Shown: positions 37,144-47,231 of the stretch, piece after piece
Layout of the letters: each line of letters begins with the position of its first letter
Numbering within the stretch: position 1 is the first letter of the stretch
From: Bacteriovoracia bacterium
GTDB taxonomy: Bacteria; Bdellovibrionota; UBA1018; JBFWNL01
Length of the DNA stretch: 64,000 nucleotides
NCBI GenBank assembly: GCA_050251055.1
Contig: JBFWNL010000007.1
Span: forward strand, 32,001 to 96,000
Direction: 5' to 3'
Notes under the pieces: generated by a model
Seen by the model: the letters and a program-made list of their open reading frames with translations, nothing else
What the model was told of the DNA's origin: nothing
Database searches by the model: none
Position numbers and translations under genes: made by a program

Positions 37144-38402
37144 TCGCGCGAGGATTCCCGCTATTTTTCTTTGCGGCGCTGGCGGCTTCCATGCTCGCTG
37201 GTTGCGCCTCTTCGCGCATGTCGGATCGCACGACCGACCGGCTCTTTCGCGAGGGCAAGTACGACCAAGCCGTCGAGCGCCTGAAGGACGGGCTGGAGAA
37301 GGAAGGCGACGGTAACGACCAGTTGTTGTGGCTGATGGATTTGGGGTTGGCGCTCCACGCGGCGGGCCGTTACGACGAGAGCACGAAGTATTTCCTGCAG
37401 GCCGACAAGATCGCCGAGATCAAGGACTATACTTCGCTGGCGGCCGAGGCCACGACGCTGCTGACGAGCGAGAACATCAAGCACTATCAGGGCGAGGACT
37501 TCGAAAAGGTCATGATCAACGTGTACCTCGCCATGAACTACGCGATCCAAGGCAACACGGAAGAGGCGCTCGTCGAGGCGAGGCGAGTAAACCGCAAGCT
37601 CTACCTCATGATCACGGACGGGCAGCGCAAGTACAAGCTCAACGAGTTCGCGCGCTATCTGTCGGCGATCCTGTACGAATCGAATGGCGATTATAACGAC
37701 GCCTATATCGATTACAAAGAGACGCTGAAGTTGCGCCCGACCTTCAAGACGGTAGGACGCGATCTGTGGCGGACGGCGTGGCTGCAGCGAATGAATGACG
37801 AGGCGGATGGTTGGCGCCGTCAGTTTGGGCTCTCGTCCACCGACATCGAGCTCGCCAAGGAGACCGGTCCGCGCTCAGCCAAAGGCGAGGTGGTGATCCT
37901 GTACGAGAATGGCATCTCGCCCATCAAACAGCCCAATCCCCAGTTCACGAGCCTGCCGAAGTTTTTCGCGCGTCGAAACCCGTCGCACGGGGCAAGTATC
38001 CTGGTGAATGATCAGATGATTCCCCAGGGCACGGAGATTTTGCATGACATCGAGGCGACGGCTATCCAGAACTTAGACGAAAAGTACGGCGCGCTCGTCG
38101 CTAAGAAGATCGCGGGCGTGGTGGCGAAGGAAGTCGTCGCGAATCAGGTGGAGAAGCGCACGGACAGTCCCATTCTGGGCGCTCTCACGCGGCTCTTTTT
38201 TTACGCCAGTGACACCGCCGACGTTCGTTCGTGGAGCCTGCTGCCGAAGGACCTGCAAGTCGCGCGCGTGACCCTGCCCCCCGGCGAGTACCGCATTCAG
38301 GTGCAGCCGCAGGGGGTGGGGGAGCGCCTCCCGGAAAAAACCGTGAAGGTCGTGGCTGGGCGTAAGACCTTCGTCGCTTTCCGTTACACGCCTAGCTTCT
38401 AG
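37140..38402 (+). CDS. COG3014-family TPR lipoprotein
   Basis: Lipobox LAG|C; YQGEDFEKVMIN, ALVEARR and ADVRSWSLLP motifs. Confidence 0.8.
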   Translation: MIARGFPLFFFAALAASMLAGCASSRMSDRTTDRLFREGKYDQAVERLKDGLEKEGDGNDQLLWLMDLGLALHAAGRYDESTKYFLQADKIAEIKDYTSLAAEATTLLTSENIKHYQGEDFEKVMINVYLAMNYAIQGNTEEALVEARRVNRKLYLMITDGQRKYKLNEFARYLSAILYESNGDYNDAYIDYKETLKLRPTFKTVGRDLWRTAWLQRMNDEADGWRRQFGLSSTDIELAKETGPRSAKGEVVILYENGISPIKQPNPQFTSLPKFFARRNPSHGASILVNDQMIPQGTEILHDIEATAIQNLDEKYGALVAKKIAGVVAKEVVANQVEKRTDSPILGALTRLFFYASDTADVRSWSLLPKDLQVARVTLPPGEYRIQVQPQGVGERLPEKTVKVVAGRKTFVAFRYTPSF

Positions 38403-39523
38403 GGCGCACCCAGCGCTTGTCTCAACTGCCTGGGTACGCAGGGAAGCCCGCGAAGATCGCGACGGTGGGCCACATGACCGACCATGAATTCCATCATGCG
38501 GCGGGCTTGGTCGGGATCGACCTTGGCGTGGGATTCTTCCGGATGGAATTGCAGGAGGAAAAACATTCCGTCGCGACTCTCCATCGCTTCGATGATCTTG
38601 CCATGCCGTCCCGTCTCGATCAGGTCGCTTCCAGGCCGGGATTCGACGGCTTCGTGATGGCGGCTGACCCAAACTAGGGGCTGGCCTCCGGTGTTTCCGC
38701 TCGCTTGACTCAAAAGCGACGGTTTTCCGTCGGGGCGGCCAATCAGGTCGACGGGGTGGGGATTCTGATGCAAGTTCTTGGGCAGCCCGGTTTCGATTGG
38801 GATGTCTTGGGTGAGCGTATGGCCATGCAGCACTCCGCAAAGCTGCATCCCACGGCAAACGCCGAGCACGGTGCCTTCGCCTCGGTCGCGATAAGCGCGC
38901 AGTACGCGAAGTTCCAAATCGTCACGGAGGATGTTGAGCTCTTTGCGGTTAGCGTACATTTTCGGCTCTCCATATAGGGGCGGCGCGATGTCGTCGCCAC
39001 CCATGGCGAAGAGTGCGTCCACTTGCTCGGACAGCTGGCGATCGAAGTCGTCGCGATACTTCGCGTACGCGAGATCCGAAAAGAGGAGGTCGGTGCCGAG
39101 CGGTAGTGTGAGCACCTCCGCGCCCGCGGCCTCGAGTTGCTTGGCGAGGTTATTTACGCGCGTGCTATTCGGCAGGGTGTCGTCGAACTCGTTCGCCAGC
39201 AGTACGATCCGGCTCCGACCGCGCGGTTTGCGTTCGGGGGGAGGGAGTCGGGTGAGTTCCCCGGGCGGCATTTTCTCGGTCCACTGCTTGGGGTCGTCGA
39301 GCGCGCGAAGCAGGAGCGGCTTCAATTCAATACGGTCTTCGATGGCGGCGACGTAGCGGCGAGCCGCTTCCGCGGGCGACTCTCCGGCGGTCACGGGTAA
39401 GAGTAGCGGAGGACTCTCGGCGGTGGGGCGCCAGCGATAGAACGTGATCGGGTCCTCGGCCCGGGCTTGGGGAATCTGCGCCGGAGCCAGCAGGGCGACA
39501 AATATCAAGAAGATCGAGATCAT
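38399..39523 (-). CDS. Secreted peptidase C26 (gamma-glutamyl hydrolase, class I GATase)
   Basis: Signal peptide ending ARA|E; GGDDI, LGVCRGMQL, SRHHEAV and LQFHPE motifs. Confidence 0.8.
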   Translation of the reverse strand: MISIFLIFVALLAPAQIPQARAEDPITFYRWRPTAESPPLLLPVTAGESPAEAARRYVAAIEDRIELKPLLLRALDDPKQWTEKMPPGELTRLPPPERKPRGRSRIVLLANEFDDTLPNSTRVNNLAKQLEAAGAEVLTLPLGTDLLFSDLAYAKYRDDFDRQLSEQVDALFAMGGDDIAPPLYGEPKMYANRKELNILRDDLELRVLRAYRDRGEGTVLGVCRGMQLCGVLHGHTLTQDIPIETGLPKNLHQNPHPVDLIGRPDGKPSLLSQASGNTGGQPLVWVSRHHEAVESRPGSDLIETGRHGKIIEAMESRDGMFFLLQFHPEESHAKVDPDQARRMMEFMVGHVAHRRDLRGLPCVPRQLRQALGAP

Positions 39524-39559
39524 ACCTCGATTGCTTATCGGTATGCCGGGACTGTGAGC

Positions 39560-40348
39560 TTACTTTTCCGTTAAGCCCGCTCGACGCAGCACCATCTTCT
39601 GGATGGGAATACCGTCTTTGATAAAGAGGCGCTCGAAGAGCGTCACTTCGGGCATCGTCAAAGAACCGGCGTCTGCCCGGTTGGCGTGGCGATCCCGCGT
39701 GAATTCGACGACTTCCCAGGTGTCGGCCGCGCCTTGGGCCGCCCCGATCATCGCTTCGAAATAGCCTGGGTGATCGGTCCGGAGTTCAAAGGTTCCCTTT
39801 GCGCGTACCGAAGGCGCGATCGCCCGTAGCCAATCCGCCGTTACCAGGCGTTTATGCAACTGCGCCTTTTTCTCCCAAGGATCCGGAAAGAACAAATACA
39901 GGCGATCGATCTCGCCCTCGCCGAAGATGAAGGGCAGGCGCTCCGCGTGGCTGCGCATGACCGCCACGTTTTTCAGCCCGCGGCGTTCGGCCTTCTGGTG
40001 GGCCATGAAGATCTGTTTGAATTTCCAATCCAGGCCTACATAAATATTGGCGGGATCGCGCGTCGCCCACTCGAGCAGCACGTGACCCCCGTTGCATCCC
40101 ATCTCGACGTGAACTTCGGGGCGGCGGCCCAGGGCTTCCGCGCGCGCGCAGGTCTCGGGGAAGAGCTCGCGCCACTTCCCGCGCCGGGCTTCGGCCGTGT
40201 TTTCGATGAAGACCTTATCCGATAGGCCCTTCAGCTTGTTGAAGTAAGGGTTTTTGGAAGGGTAATAGCGATACGCCGGGTCGGCCACCGATGGGTTGGC
40301 GGCGCGTAGGGGTTTGAAGGGATCGGGCGTACGCTCTTTGGATTCCAC
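39560..40348 (-). CDS. trmB: tRNA (guanine-N7)-methyltransferase
   Basis: EMGCNGG, LFFPDPW, LRTD and TLFE motifs. Confidence 0.85.
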   Translation of the reverse strand: MESKERTPDPFKPLRAANPSVADPAYRYYPSKNPYFNKLKGLSDKVFIENTAEARRGKWRELFPETCARAEALGRRPEVHVEMGCNGGHVLLEWATRDPANIYVGLDWKFKQIFMAHQKAERRGLKNVAVMRSHAERLPFIFGEGEIDRLYLFFPDPWEKKAQLHKRLVTADWLRAIAPSVRAKGTFELRTDHPGYFEAMIGAAQGAADTWEVVEFTRDRHANRADAGSLTMPEVTLFERLFIKDGIPIQKMVLRRAGLTEK

Positions 40349-40499
40349 AAAGGGCTTCTAACGAAATTGAGGGGAGGTGTCCAGTAATGGCCGCGCGAAT
40401 GCGCAAGGGTTTATCTACTGGAAGGCAGGGAACTTTTATCGTCGCCCGGGGGACTCTCTGCTGGGCGATTACGGACGAATGAAAACCGCGCAATTTATG

Positions 40500-40548
40500 G
40501 AGGGGGGCCGCCCTTCGTGTCCGTCCGTGTATCCGGGCGGCCCCTCGA
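40500..40548 (-). terminator. Hairpin downstream of flagellin
   Basis: GGGGCCGCCC/GGGCGGCCCC stem about 30 nt after the stop; weak U-tail. Confidence 0.55.
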
Positions 40549-40578
40549 AATTGCGTATTTAACCTAAGTCGCTAACTA

Positions 40579-41412
40579 CTAGCCGAGCAGCTTGAGGGCT
40601 TGCATCGGGTTCGCGTTGGCTTGGCCCAACATCGCGATGTTGGACTGGGTCAAGATATTCTGCTTCGTCAGAATGCTCGACTCTTCGGCCATATCCGTGT
40701 CGCGGATACGCGAGTTAGCGGCAGACAGGTTTTCCACGTAGATGTTCAAGTTGTTGATCGTGGATTGCAACCGGTTCTGGAGCGCGCCCAGGCCGGAGCG
40801 GTTTTCGCTGATGCGCTTGATCGCGGTGTCGAGCATCGACAGGTTGTTCTGCGCGCCTTCCTTGCTCATGGTGTTGGCGGATTCCAAGCCCAGGGCCTGG
40901 AGCGTCGCGACCTGTTCTTGCGAGTCGAAGCGCAGGCGATCTTGCGTCGGATCGTTACCCATGCCGATCTGGACTTCCAGGGGCGGGGACGTTCCGTTCA
41001 AAAGTTTGGTGCCGTTGAATTCCGTGCTTTGGGCGATGCGGTCGATTTCGGACTTCAGGTGCTGAACTTCCTTATCGACGAAGCCGCGTTCCGTGTCACC
41101 GATGGTGTCGGAAGCCGCTTGGATCGACAGTTCGCGCAGACGGATGAGCACGTTGCCGATTTCGTTCATGGCGCCTTCGGCCACTTGCACCAAGCTGATC
41201 CCGTCGTTGGCGTTACGGTTGGCTTGTTGCAAGGAACGGGTTTGAGCCTTCAACTTCTCGCTGATGGCCAAGCCCGCGGCGTCGTCGCCGGAGCGGTTGA
41301 TACGTGACCCCGAAGCCATGTGCTCCAGGGAGGTGTCTTGCATTCTCTTATTAATTCCCAAGTACCGCTGACTGGCGAGTGCTTGAGTGTTTGTGGCTAT
41401 ACGCAATCCCAT
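40579..41412 (-). CDS. fliC: Flagellin
   Basis: MGLRIATN, SGSRINRSGDDAAGLAISE, LGALQNRL and SRIRDTDMAEE motifs. Confidence 0.97.
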   Translation of the reverse strand: MGLRIATNTQALASQRYLGINKRMQDTSLEHMASGSRINRSGDDAAGLAISEKLKAQTRSLQQANRNANDGISLVQVAEGAMNEIGNVLIRLRELSIQAASDTIGDTERGFVDKEVQHLKSEIDRIAQSTEFNGTKLLNGTSPPLEVQIGMGNDPTQDRLRFDSQEQVATLQALGLESANTMSKEGAQNNLSMLDTAIKRISENRSGLGALQNRLQSTINNLNIYVENLSAANSRIRDTDMAEESSILTKQNILTQSNIAMLGQANANPMQALKLLG

Positions 41413-41535
41413 ACTATCCTCCTCGTGTTGTCGTCATAAGCCCTCCGTGAATGTCTGTTTTACAGTCCGAACCATTCGATCTCAGCCTGAGTCTCACGGT
41501 TGCGAACTGGGCAATCCCTGCCGGTTACATGCAAC

Positions 41536-41562
41536 TCATCGGTGCGGGCGTTCGCGGCTTTA
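41536..41562 (-). promoter_or_regulatory. Sigma28 (FliA) promoter of flagellin
   Basis: TAAA-N15-ACCGATGA on the minus strand. Confidence 0.8.
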
Positions 41563-41778
41563 GGGGAAACTTGATTGATTTCGGCTACTTATAGTTGATT
41601 GAGTTAGTCGGATTTAAGACTGACTAAAATAGTTTAGACTGCGTTTTCAGGAAATTACCGCATTTTTCCGGAGCAAGCTCGACCTTTTTTCGGACGGGAA
41701 AATCGGAAAAAATATTTCTCTCGGATGTTTTTAGGCTCGGGGTGCGGAATTGGGCAAATCCTGCCGATGGGTAGGGGC

Positions 41779-42222
41779 ATGTCGAGAGGTTTTGCCTTAG
41801 TCGTGATTTTCGCCGGATTGAGCCTCGTTTCTTGCCATAGCGAGAAGCTCGAGGAAGTTTGCGCGCGCGAGTTCGTACAGTTCAAGCGTGGCGTGGACGC
41901 GGCGAAGGTCGCGTTCGTTGCCGAACCCTCTCGTGCGATCGCGTCGGTGCCTTCACCGCCTTCATTACTGGGCGAGGACGACTGGGATCGATGGAAAGAC
42001 TGGAGTGTCGACGCCCTTCGTGACGTGCAGGCCTACCTCGACGTCATGGAAAACTACCCGGAACGTCGGGACCTCAAACGCGAGCTTTCCCAGCTGGCGA
42101 ATGAACTCGTGGCCTTCTATGGGTTTGCCGAAAGGCGGGACCGCCAGGCGATTTCGCGTACGGCCTTGGACATTCACCGGCAAATGCAAAGCGTGGAACG
42201 AGGAATCTGCGCCAAGCCTTAG
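41779..42222 (+). CDS. Small helical lipoprotein
   Basis: Lipobox LVS|C; RAIAS linker; start chosen from the RBS. Confidence 0.6.
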   Translation: MSRGFALVVIFAGLSLVSCHSEKLEEVCAREFVQFKRGVDAAKVAFVAEPSRAIASVPSPPSLLGEDDWDRWKDWSVDALRDVQAYLDVMENYPERRDLKRELSQLANELVAFYGFAERRDRQAISRTALDIHRQMQSVERGICAKP

Positions 42223-42279
42223 CCTGGTTTTGACAATCCTGTGGATTTTCCTGACAAATCCAATTAAGTAAAGCGCACT

Positions 42280-42912
42280 GTGGATGTACTTTTATTAGCG
42301 GGGTCCGCGGCCTTCGTGGGCTTCATTCACTCCCTGTCTCCAGCGCATTGGTTGCCGCTGGTTTTGATCGCCAAATCGCGCAAGTGGAACCGTCAGGTCA
42401 CTTTCCTGGGCGCGCTCACGGCGGCGGCCGGGCATATTCTCGTTTCGCTCCTGGTGGCGGGAGCGGTCGTGGGATTTGGGACCTACTCGTGGGTGAATTA
42501 CGAAGAGGAAGTGGAACGTTACGGCGGATTGCTCCTCGTGGTCTTTGGTTTGCTCTATGCGATCCTAAACTACCGACGTCATCACGCATGTCATGGGCAT
42601 GGTCATCACGGCCCCAATCCTAAAAACACCCAAAAGCCGTTCGCCTTCCTTTTCATGCTGGGCTTCTCTCCTTGTTTTGCCGTGCTGCCGATCTTCATCG
42701 CCGCTGCGCCGCATGGGCCGCACGGGCTATTTACCTCCGCGGTGGCTTTTGCGGTGGGGGTGATTGCCGCGCTCGGCGGAGCGGGGTGGCTCGTATCCTC
42801 GGGCAAACTCGAGCTCGACCATCCGCTGCTGGAGCACTACGCCGACGTGATCGCCGGTGGCGCGATCGCCATCGTCGGCGTGATCTTGTACTTTACCTCC
42901 CACGGTCACTAG
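42280..42912 (+). CDS. Ni/Co transporter-like membrane protein (NiCoT/RcnA/UreH-like)
   Basis: HSLSPAHW, AAGH, His-rich loop HHACHGHGHH and FSPC motifs; about 6 TM. Confidence 0.75.
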   Translation: MDVLLLAGSAAFVGFIHSLSPAHWLPLVLIAKSRKWNRQVTFLGALTAAAGHILVSLLVAGAVVGFGTYSWVNYEEEVERYGGLLLVVFGLLYAILNYRRHHACHGHGHHGPNPKNTQKPFAFLFMLGFSPCFAVLPIFIAAAPHGPHGLFTSAVAFAVGVIAALGGAGWLVSSGKLELDHPLLEHYADVIAGGAIAIVGVILYFTSHGH

Positions 42913-42946
42913 TCCGGTCACCTCAAGATTTTCTGACATTTGCCTC

Positions 42947-43663
42947 GTGGCATTTTCTGAATTCGGTTACACTTTTCCCATGCGATACCAGAATGGGCTG
43001 CACTTGCTCATCGTCGTGACGAGCTTCGGGGTAATAGGCCTCGGCGCGGACCCGGCTTTCGCCGCGCGCGGGGGTGCCCGCGTCGGCGCGCCGCCAGCCT
43101 CGGACGCGACCGCGACGGCCACCGCCACCCCGTCCCCCGAACGTCCGCTCGAGGATGGGGAAGAGGATTACGAGCAAAACCTTTCAGCCGGTCTCGGGGT
43201 CGGGATGGCGTTTCCCACCGGCAGCGACAAAAAAATCCGCCTTAATCTCGGCTTCAACCTGGGGATCGACCTCACGGAAAAAACCCAGTTCGCGCTCTAT
43301 TTCTACTCTTCGAGCCAAGCTCTGAATGCTGGCAACAACTTGGCCCAGACCAGCCAGTCGGGTGCGAGCATTTCGCTCGTGGGCGCGCAGTATAGTTACA
43401 TCTTCGACGGTAAGCTCTCGGGGCTGATGGCCGGGCCGATGCTGGGATTGGCCGTGGTCTCGGTCGACAACAACGGCACGACCGGCGCGACCATTCCGCT
43501 CTCGGCCGGCTTGCACCTGGGCTACGATCACTTCATTAGCGAGACCTTCTCCGTGGGCGGGGACTTGAGCTTTCTTTACGTGCTGGGCAAGGACTCGGGC
43601 TCGTTCGCTTCCGAGTCTTTCCGAATCATAAACTTCCTTGTGATGATCAAATATTGGGAGTAG
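42947..43663 (+). CDS. Outer-membrane beta-barrel protein
   Basis: Signal peptide ending AFA|A; AT linker; amphipathic strands; ends IKYWE. Confidence 0.65.
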   Translation: MAFSEFGYTFPMRYQNGLHLLIVVTSFGVIGLGADPAFAARGGARVGAPPASDATATATATPSPERPLEDGEEDYEQNLSAGLGVGMAFPTGSDKKIRLNLGFNLGIDLTEKTQFALYFYSSSQALNAGNNLAQTSQSGASISLVGAQYSYIFDGKLSGLMAGPMLGLAVVSVDNNGTTGATIPLSAGLHLGYDHFISETFSVGGDLSFLYVLGKDSGSFASESFRIINFLVMIKYWE

Positions 43664-43696
43664 CGAGCCAGGCTTCGGCCTGATCGATGACGAAGC

Positions 43697-44677
43697 TTAT
43701 AACTCCTTCAGCCCCGATACCGCCTCTCGGTACTCTTTCGCCAGGTTCTGCATGATTTCGGCCGCCGGCAACACTTCGTCGATGAGACCCACGCCCTGGC
43801 CGGCACTCCAGACTTCCTTCCAGGTTGGCATGGCTACGGCTTTTTCTAGCGCCTTCGTGCCGAGGTAGTAGCGCAGCATGCGCGCGTATTTTTTAGTGCG
43901 AGCATTTGAAATCAACAGCTTCTCGAGGGGGTTGAGACCCAGGCCAATTTTCTGGATGTAAGGTGTGTTGATGACCGAGCACGGAGTACCGGAGACTTTG
44001 AGCGTGAGCACGATGTCCTCGGGTTCGGCATCCAGAATGGCTTTTTTGTAGTTCTCTTTTACTTTGGCTTCGCGGCACGCAATGAAGCGCGTGCCGATCT
44101 GTACGGCCGAGGCGCCGAGCGCGAGGGCGGCGGCGATCTGCGAGCCGTGCGCGATGCCGCCGGCCGCGACGATGGGAATCTTGAGGTGCTTTTTGAGGTA
44201 GGGGATCAGCACGAGCGGGGAGGTGGGACCCGCGTGGCCGCCCGCGCCGGCGCTCACGGCGATCACGCCATCGGCGCCGAGGTCTTCAACCTTGCGGGCG
44301 TAGTCGAGCGTCGTGATGTCGCAGTATACCTTGCTGCCTACGGCGTGCATTTCACGAATCACATCCTTGGGCGTACCGAGCGAAGTGATCACGAGCGGCA
44401 CGCGCTCTTCCGCGCAAACCTGAAGGTCGGCCGCTTGACGTGGATTGCTTTGGTTCACGATGAGGTTCACGGCGAAGGGTTTCTGCGTGCGCGCCTTCGT
44501 CGCCCGCACCGCTTGCCGGAACTCTTCGGTCGTGCGCCAATTCAGCGAGGGCATCCCCCCCACGCCGCCCGCGTTGCTGACGGCCGAGACGAGCTCTTCA
44601 TCACTGACGAGAAACATCGGCCCCGCGATGATGGGCAGTTCGCAACCTAGCTGTTCGGTAAAAGGGGTGTGTAGCAT
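43697..44677 (-). CDS. Nitronate monooxygenase/FabK-like flavoenzyme
   Basis: PIIAGPM, AGGHAG, AAGGI, QIGTRF and SAGQGVG motifs. Confidence 0.88.
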   Translation of the reverse strand: MLHTPFTEQLGCELPIIAGPMFLVSDEELVSAVSNAGGVGGMPSLNWRTTEEFRQAVRATKARTQKPFAVNLIVNQSNPRQAADLQVCAEERVPLVITSLGTPKDVIREMHAVGSKVYCDITTLDYARKVEDLGADGVIAVSAGAGGHAGPTSPLVLIPYLKKHLKIPIVAAGGIAHGSQIAAALALGASAVQIGTRFIACREAKVKENYKKAILDAEPEDIVLTLKVSGTPCSVINTPYIQKIGLGLNPLEKLLISNARTKKYARMLRYYLGTKALEKAVAMPTWKEVWSAGQGVGLIDEVLPAAEIMQNLAKEYREAVSGLKEL

Positions 44678-44757
44678 CCCCTCATCCTACCAGAAAGGTG
44701 GCCGCCTACCCGGGGGGATTCTTGACAAAATCACCGAGAATCCCCTAAATAGCGCCC

Positions 44758-45084
44758 ATGCCTGTCTACGAATACAAATGCGCCAAGTGCGAAAAGATTC
44801 ATGAAATGATTCAGAAATTTTCGGACGCGCCCATCCGCGACTGCCCTGACTGCGGAGCGCCGGTGGAGAAGCTCATGAGCCTGACTTCGTTTTCCCTCAA
44901 GGGAACGGGTTGGTACTCTACCGACTACGGTCGCGCTGGCGGTGGTAAGAAGGCCGGCAATTCCTCGGGCTCGTCAGGCTCGGGCGGCTTCGAAGCCAGC
45001 GCGGCGGCGGAAAAACCCGCCGCCGTTTGCCAACCCACCCCGGGTGGTGCCTGTGGTGCCCCCGCCTGTGGACAAAGTGAATAA
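44758..45084 (+). CDS. FmdB-family zinc-ribbon protein
   Basis: MPVYEYKCAKC...CPDCG...FSLKGTGWYSTDY; TTGACA-17-TAAAT-like promoter upstream. Confidence 0.88.
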   Translation: MPVYEYKCAKCEKIHEMIQKFSDAPIRDCPDCGAPVEKLMSLTSFSLKGTGWYSTDYGRAGGGKKAGNSSGSSGSGGFEASAAAEKPAAVCQPTPGGACGAPACGQSE

Positions 45085-45087
45085 CGC

Positions 45088-47076
45088 TTAGTTGCCGCTG
45101 ATTCGGAAGCAAGTCGGCCGACAGTTCACGCAGTTCTGGCCCCAGACGCTGGCCAGAATTTTCCAGTTCCCAGCGTTGTCTTTGAATACGCGGCAGGAGC
45201 CGCCCCCGTTGCCGCCAGCGTGGGAGTCGTGCGGTCCGTCGATGTTATTGGCGTTGGCCTGGTTTTCCAGATGCCCGCCCGTACCGTTCGTCGCGTGCGG
45301 GCCGGTGTCGTGGCGGTACTCGCCTACGGAACAAAAATCCCAGTTTCTGCCGGTGCCCAAAGCCGACGGCGTGCTCAGGTTCCATGTCTTGATGACGGCT
45401 GGCCCGGCGTTGCCGGAGCCATCCATCGGGAAATAGGCCAACTCACTGAATACTCCGGGCGATACCTGATCCCGCGAGCAGGACCAAGAGTTAGAAGCGG
45501 TAAAGGCATTGCCGTTCGGGACAACGGGGCGAGCCGCGTGCTGGACGGAAAGGTTGGTCGGTACCGAAATGGGTACCCCGCTCGGATGGACGAAGTTCGA
45601 CATGCCCGTTAGGTCCAGGCCCAGCTCGACGACTTCGATTCTTTGCCAGCTGGCTTGCCCATTCGCGTTGGCCGCGAGCACGCGTCCCGGCGTGGCCGCG
45701 CCCACGGTTTCCGCGTCGACCTCGAACTTCGAGTTCGCGGCTGCCGGATCATACACGCCCAGTTTTCCCACCGTGCGTGGGGTTCCCGTCGTGGTCGCGT
45801 GTTTAGTGAGGGTGAGCGTGTTGGCGCCTCCACTATCTTTCACGTAGAGGCCGTCCCAGCGGACGGTCACGGCCGCGGGAGTGCTGGAGCTGAGAGCGCC
45901 TTGGTTCGGTCCCATCGCTCGCAGCTCGATGCGCGAGGGAAGGGAGGCGGGATTGGATCCGCTGGCCGCCGCCCATCCGGGCTCGGCCACGAAATCCACG
46001 CTGGTCGACGCGGCGTCGTTCGTCCAGCTGGGGCCCTGTAAGCCGCGGGCCCGGATCGAACCGAGCACGATTCGGCTCGATTGGTTCAAGAGGGAGCCGG
46101 GCGAGTTCCGCGTTCCCAGCGCACGAGAGAAAAGTTGGTAGGCGCCATTGTCGGGTTGGGTAGCGGGCAGCGAATAATATCCGACGATTTCCTGGGAGCT
46201 TACCCCGAGACTATCGGAGATCGCCTTGAAGCCCAGTTCGCTTTCCACCGCGCGTCTCGCGTGGATCACGCCTTCGGTGAAAATCCCAGGGCGATCCGCC
46301 GCCGGAAGGTTCGCGAGATAGGCCAGGCCTTGATCGCGGTTGGGTACGTCGTCGGCGATCGAGAGCGCCGAGACCATGCATTTGGGATTGGCGTTCGGAT
46401 TCCAGGTTCCTCCCATGGCCAAGCAGCCCGCTTGACCTTGCTCGATGTCCGAGCCGCGGCAGCCGACGATCGGCACGTTGGTGCCGTTACCGGTCGCGGT
46501 CTGGACGATCACGCCGAATTGTTTGGACATCGTGGGTGCGCCCACGCCCGTGTTCCCGGCACCCGCAGGCATACGGTTCCGATATTCGATTTTTAAAACG
46601 ACGGCGGTTTCGTGAAGATTCGGACCCATCTGCACGGGATCGCTCACGCGGGCGATACTAATCGTTTGCGGCCGGTAGCCGGTGCCCGCCTGGTTGTTTT
46701 GGGCGATGATTGTATTGCCAGGGGGAAGCACGATGCGGTCGATGCCGGCCGTTTGTGCCGTTCCCATTGAAGCTTGCAGGTTAATACGGACGGGATTGGC
46801 CCCTAGGCGCAATGAGCCCATGCACGTATCCGGTTTCGCCAACGTCATGTTGATGAGCCCCGAGTCGTTCGTTGCTTCGCCGATGCTCGCGAAGCTGCGC
46901 ACGCTCTTGGACGTGTTGTGCAGGAACGTACTCGACGTCACGGCGATGATGCCCATGAGCAAAGCCGCGATGCTTACTTCGAGCAACGCTCCGCCTGCGT
47001 TTGATTTGAGTCCTAAATCAGTCCCATTGCCTAAGGCAGGCGTGTTGCCTACCCGACGAGCCCTCAGAGTCCCCAT
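45088..47076 (-). CDS. Large pilin-like protein with fibre/adhesin C-terminus
   Basis: Prepilin-type site G|ALLEVSIAALLMGII; GRVLAANANGQASW fibre motif; Cys-rich tip. Confidence 0.65.
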   Translation of the reverse strand: MGTLRARRVGNTPALGNGTDLGLKSNAGGALLEVSIAALLMGIIAVTSSTFLHNTSKSVRSFASIGEATNDSGLINMTLAKPDTCMGSLRLGANPVRINLQASMGTAQTAGIDRIVLPPGNTIIAQNNQAGTGYRPQTISIARVSDPVQMGPNLHETAVVLKIEYRNRMPAGAGNTGVGAPTMSKQFGVIVQTATGNGTNVPIVGCRGSDIEQGQAGCLAMGGTWNPNANPKCMVSALSIADDVPNRDQGLAYLANLPAADRPGIFTEGVIHARRAVESELGFKAISDSLGVSSQEIVGYYSLPATQPDNGAYQLFSRALGTRNSPGSLLNQSSRIVLGSIRARGLQGPSWTNDAASTSVDFVAEPGWAAASGSNPASLPSRIELRAMGPNQGALSSSTPAAVTVRWDGLYVKDSGGANTLTLTKHATTTGTPRTVGKLGVYDPAAANSKFEVDAETVGAATPGRVLAANANGQASWQRIEVVELGLDLTGMSNFVHPSGVPISVPTNLSVQHAARPVVPNGNAFTASNSWSCSRDQVSPGVFSELAYFPMDGSGNAGPAVIKTWNLSTPSALGTGRNWDFCSVGEYRHDTGPHATNGTGGHLENQANANNIDGPHDSHAGGNGGGSCRVFKDNAGNWKILASVWGQNCVNCRPTCFRISGN

Positions 47077-47231
47077 TTCACTTGCCCCTGAGAGTCTTCC
47101 GGCCCCGAATACGCGAAAAACCCTAACGAAACATCAGTCTAATTAAATTGATTGAAATAGTCAATTATAAATTACTCAATAAATACATTATGTTGTGCTG
47201 GCATCAAAGAGGTACTCAGGTACGGGGGAGG

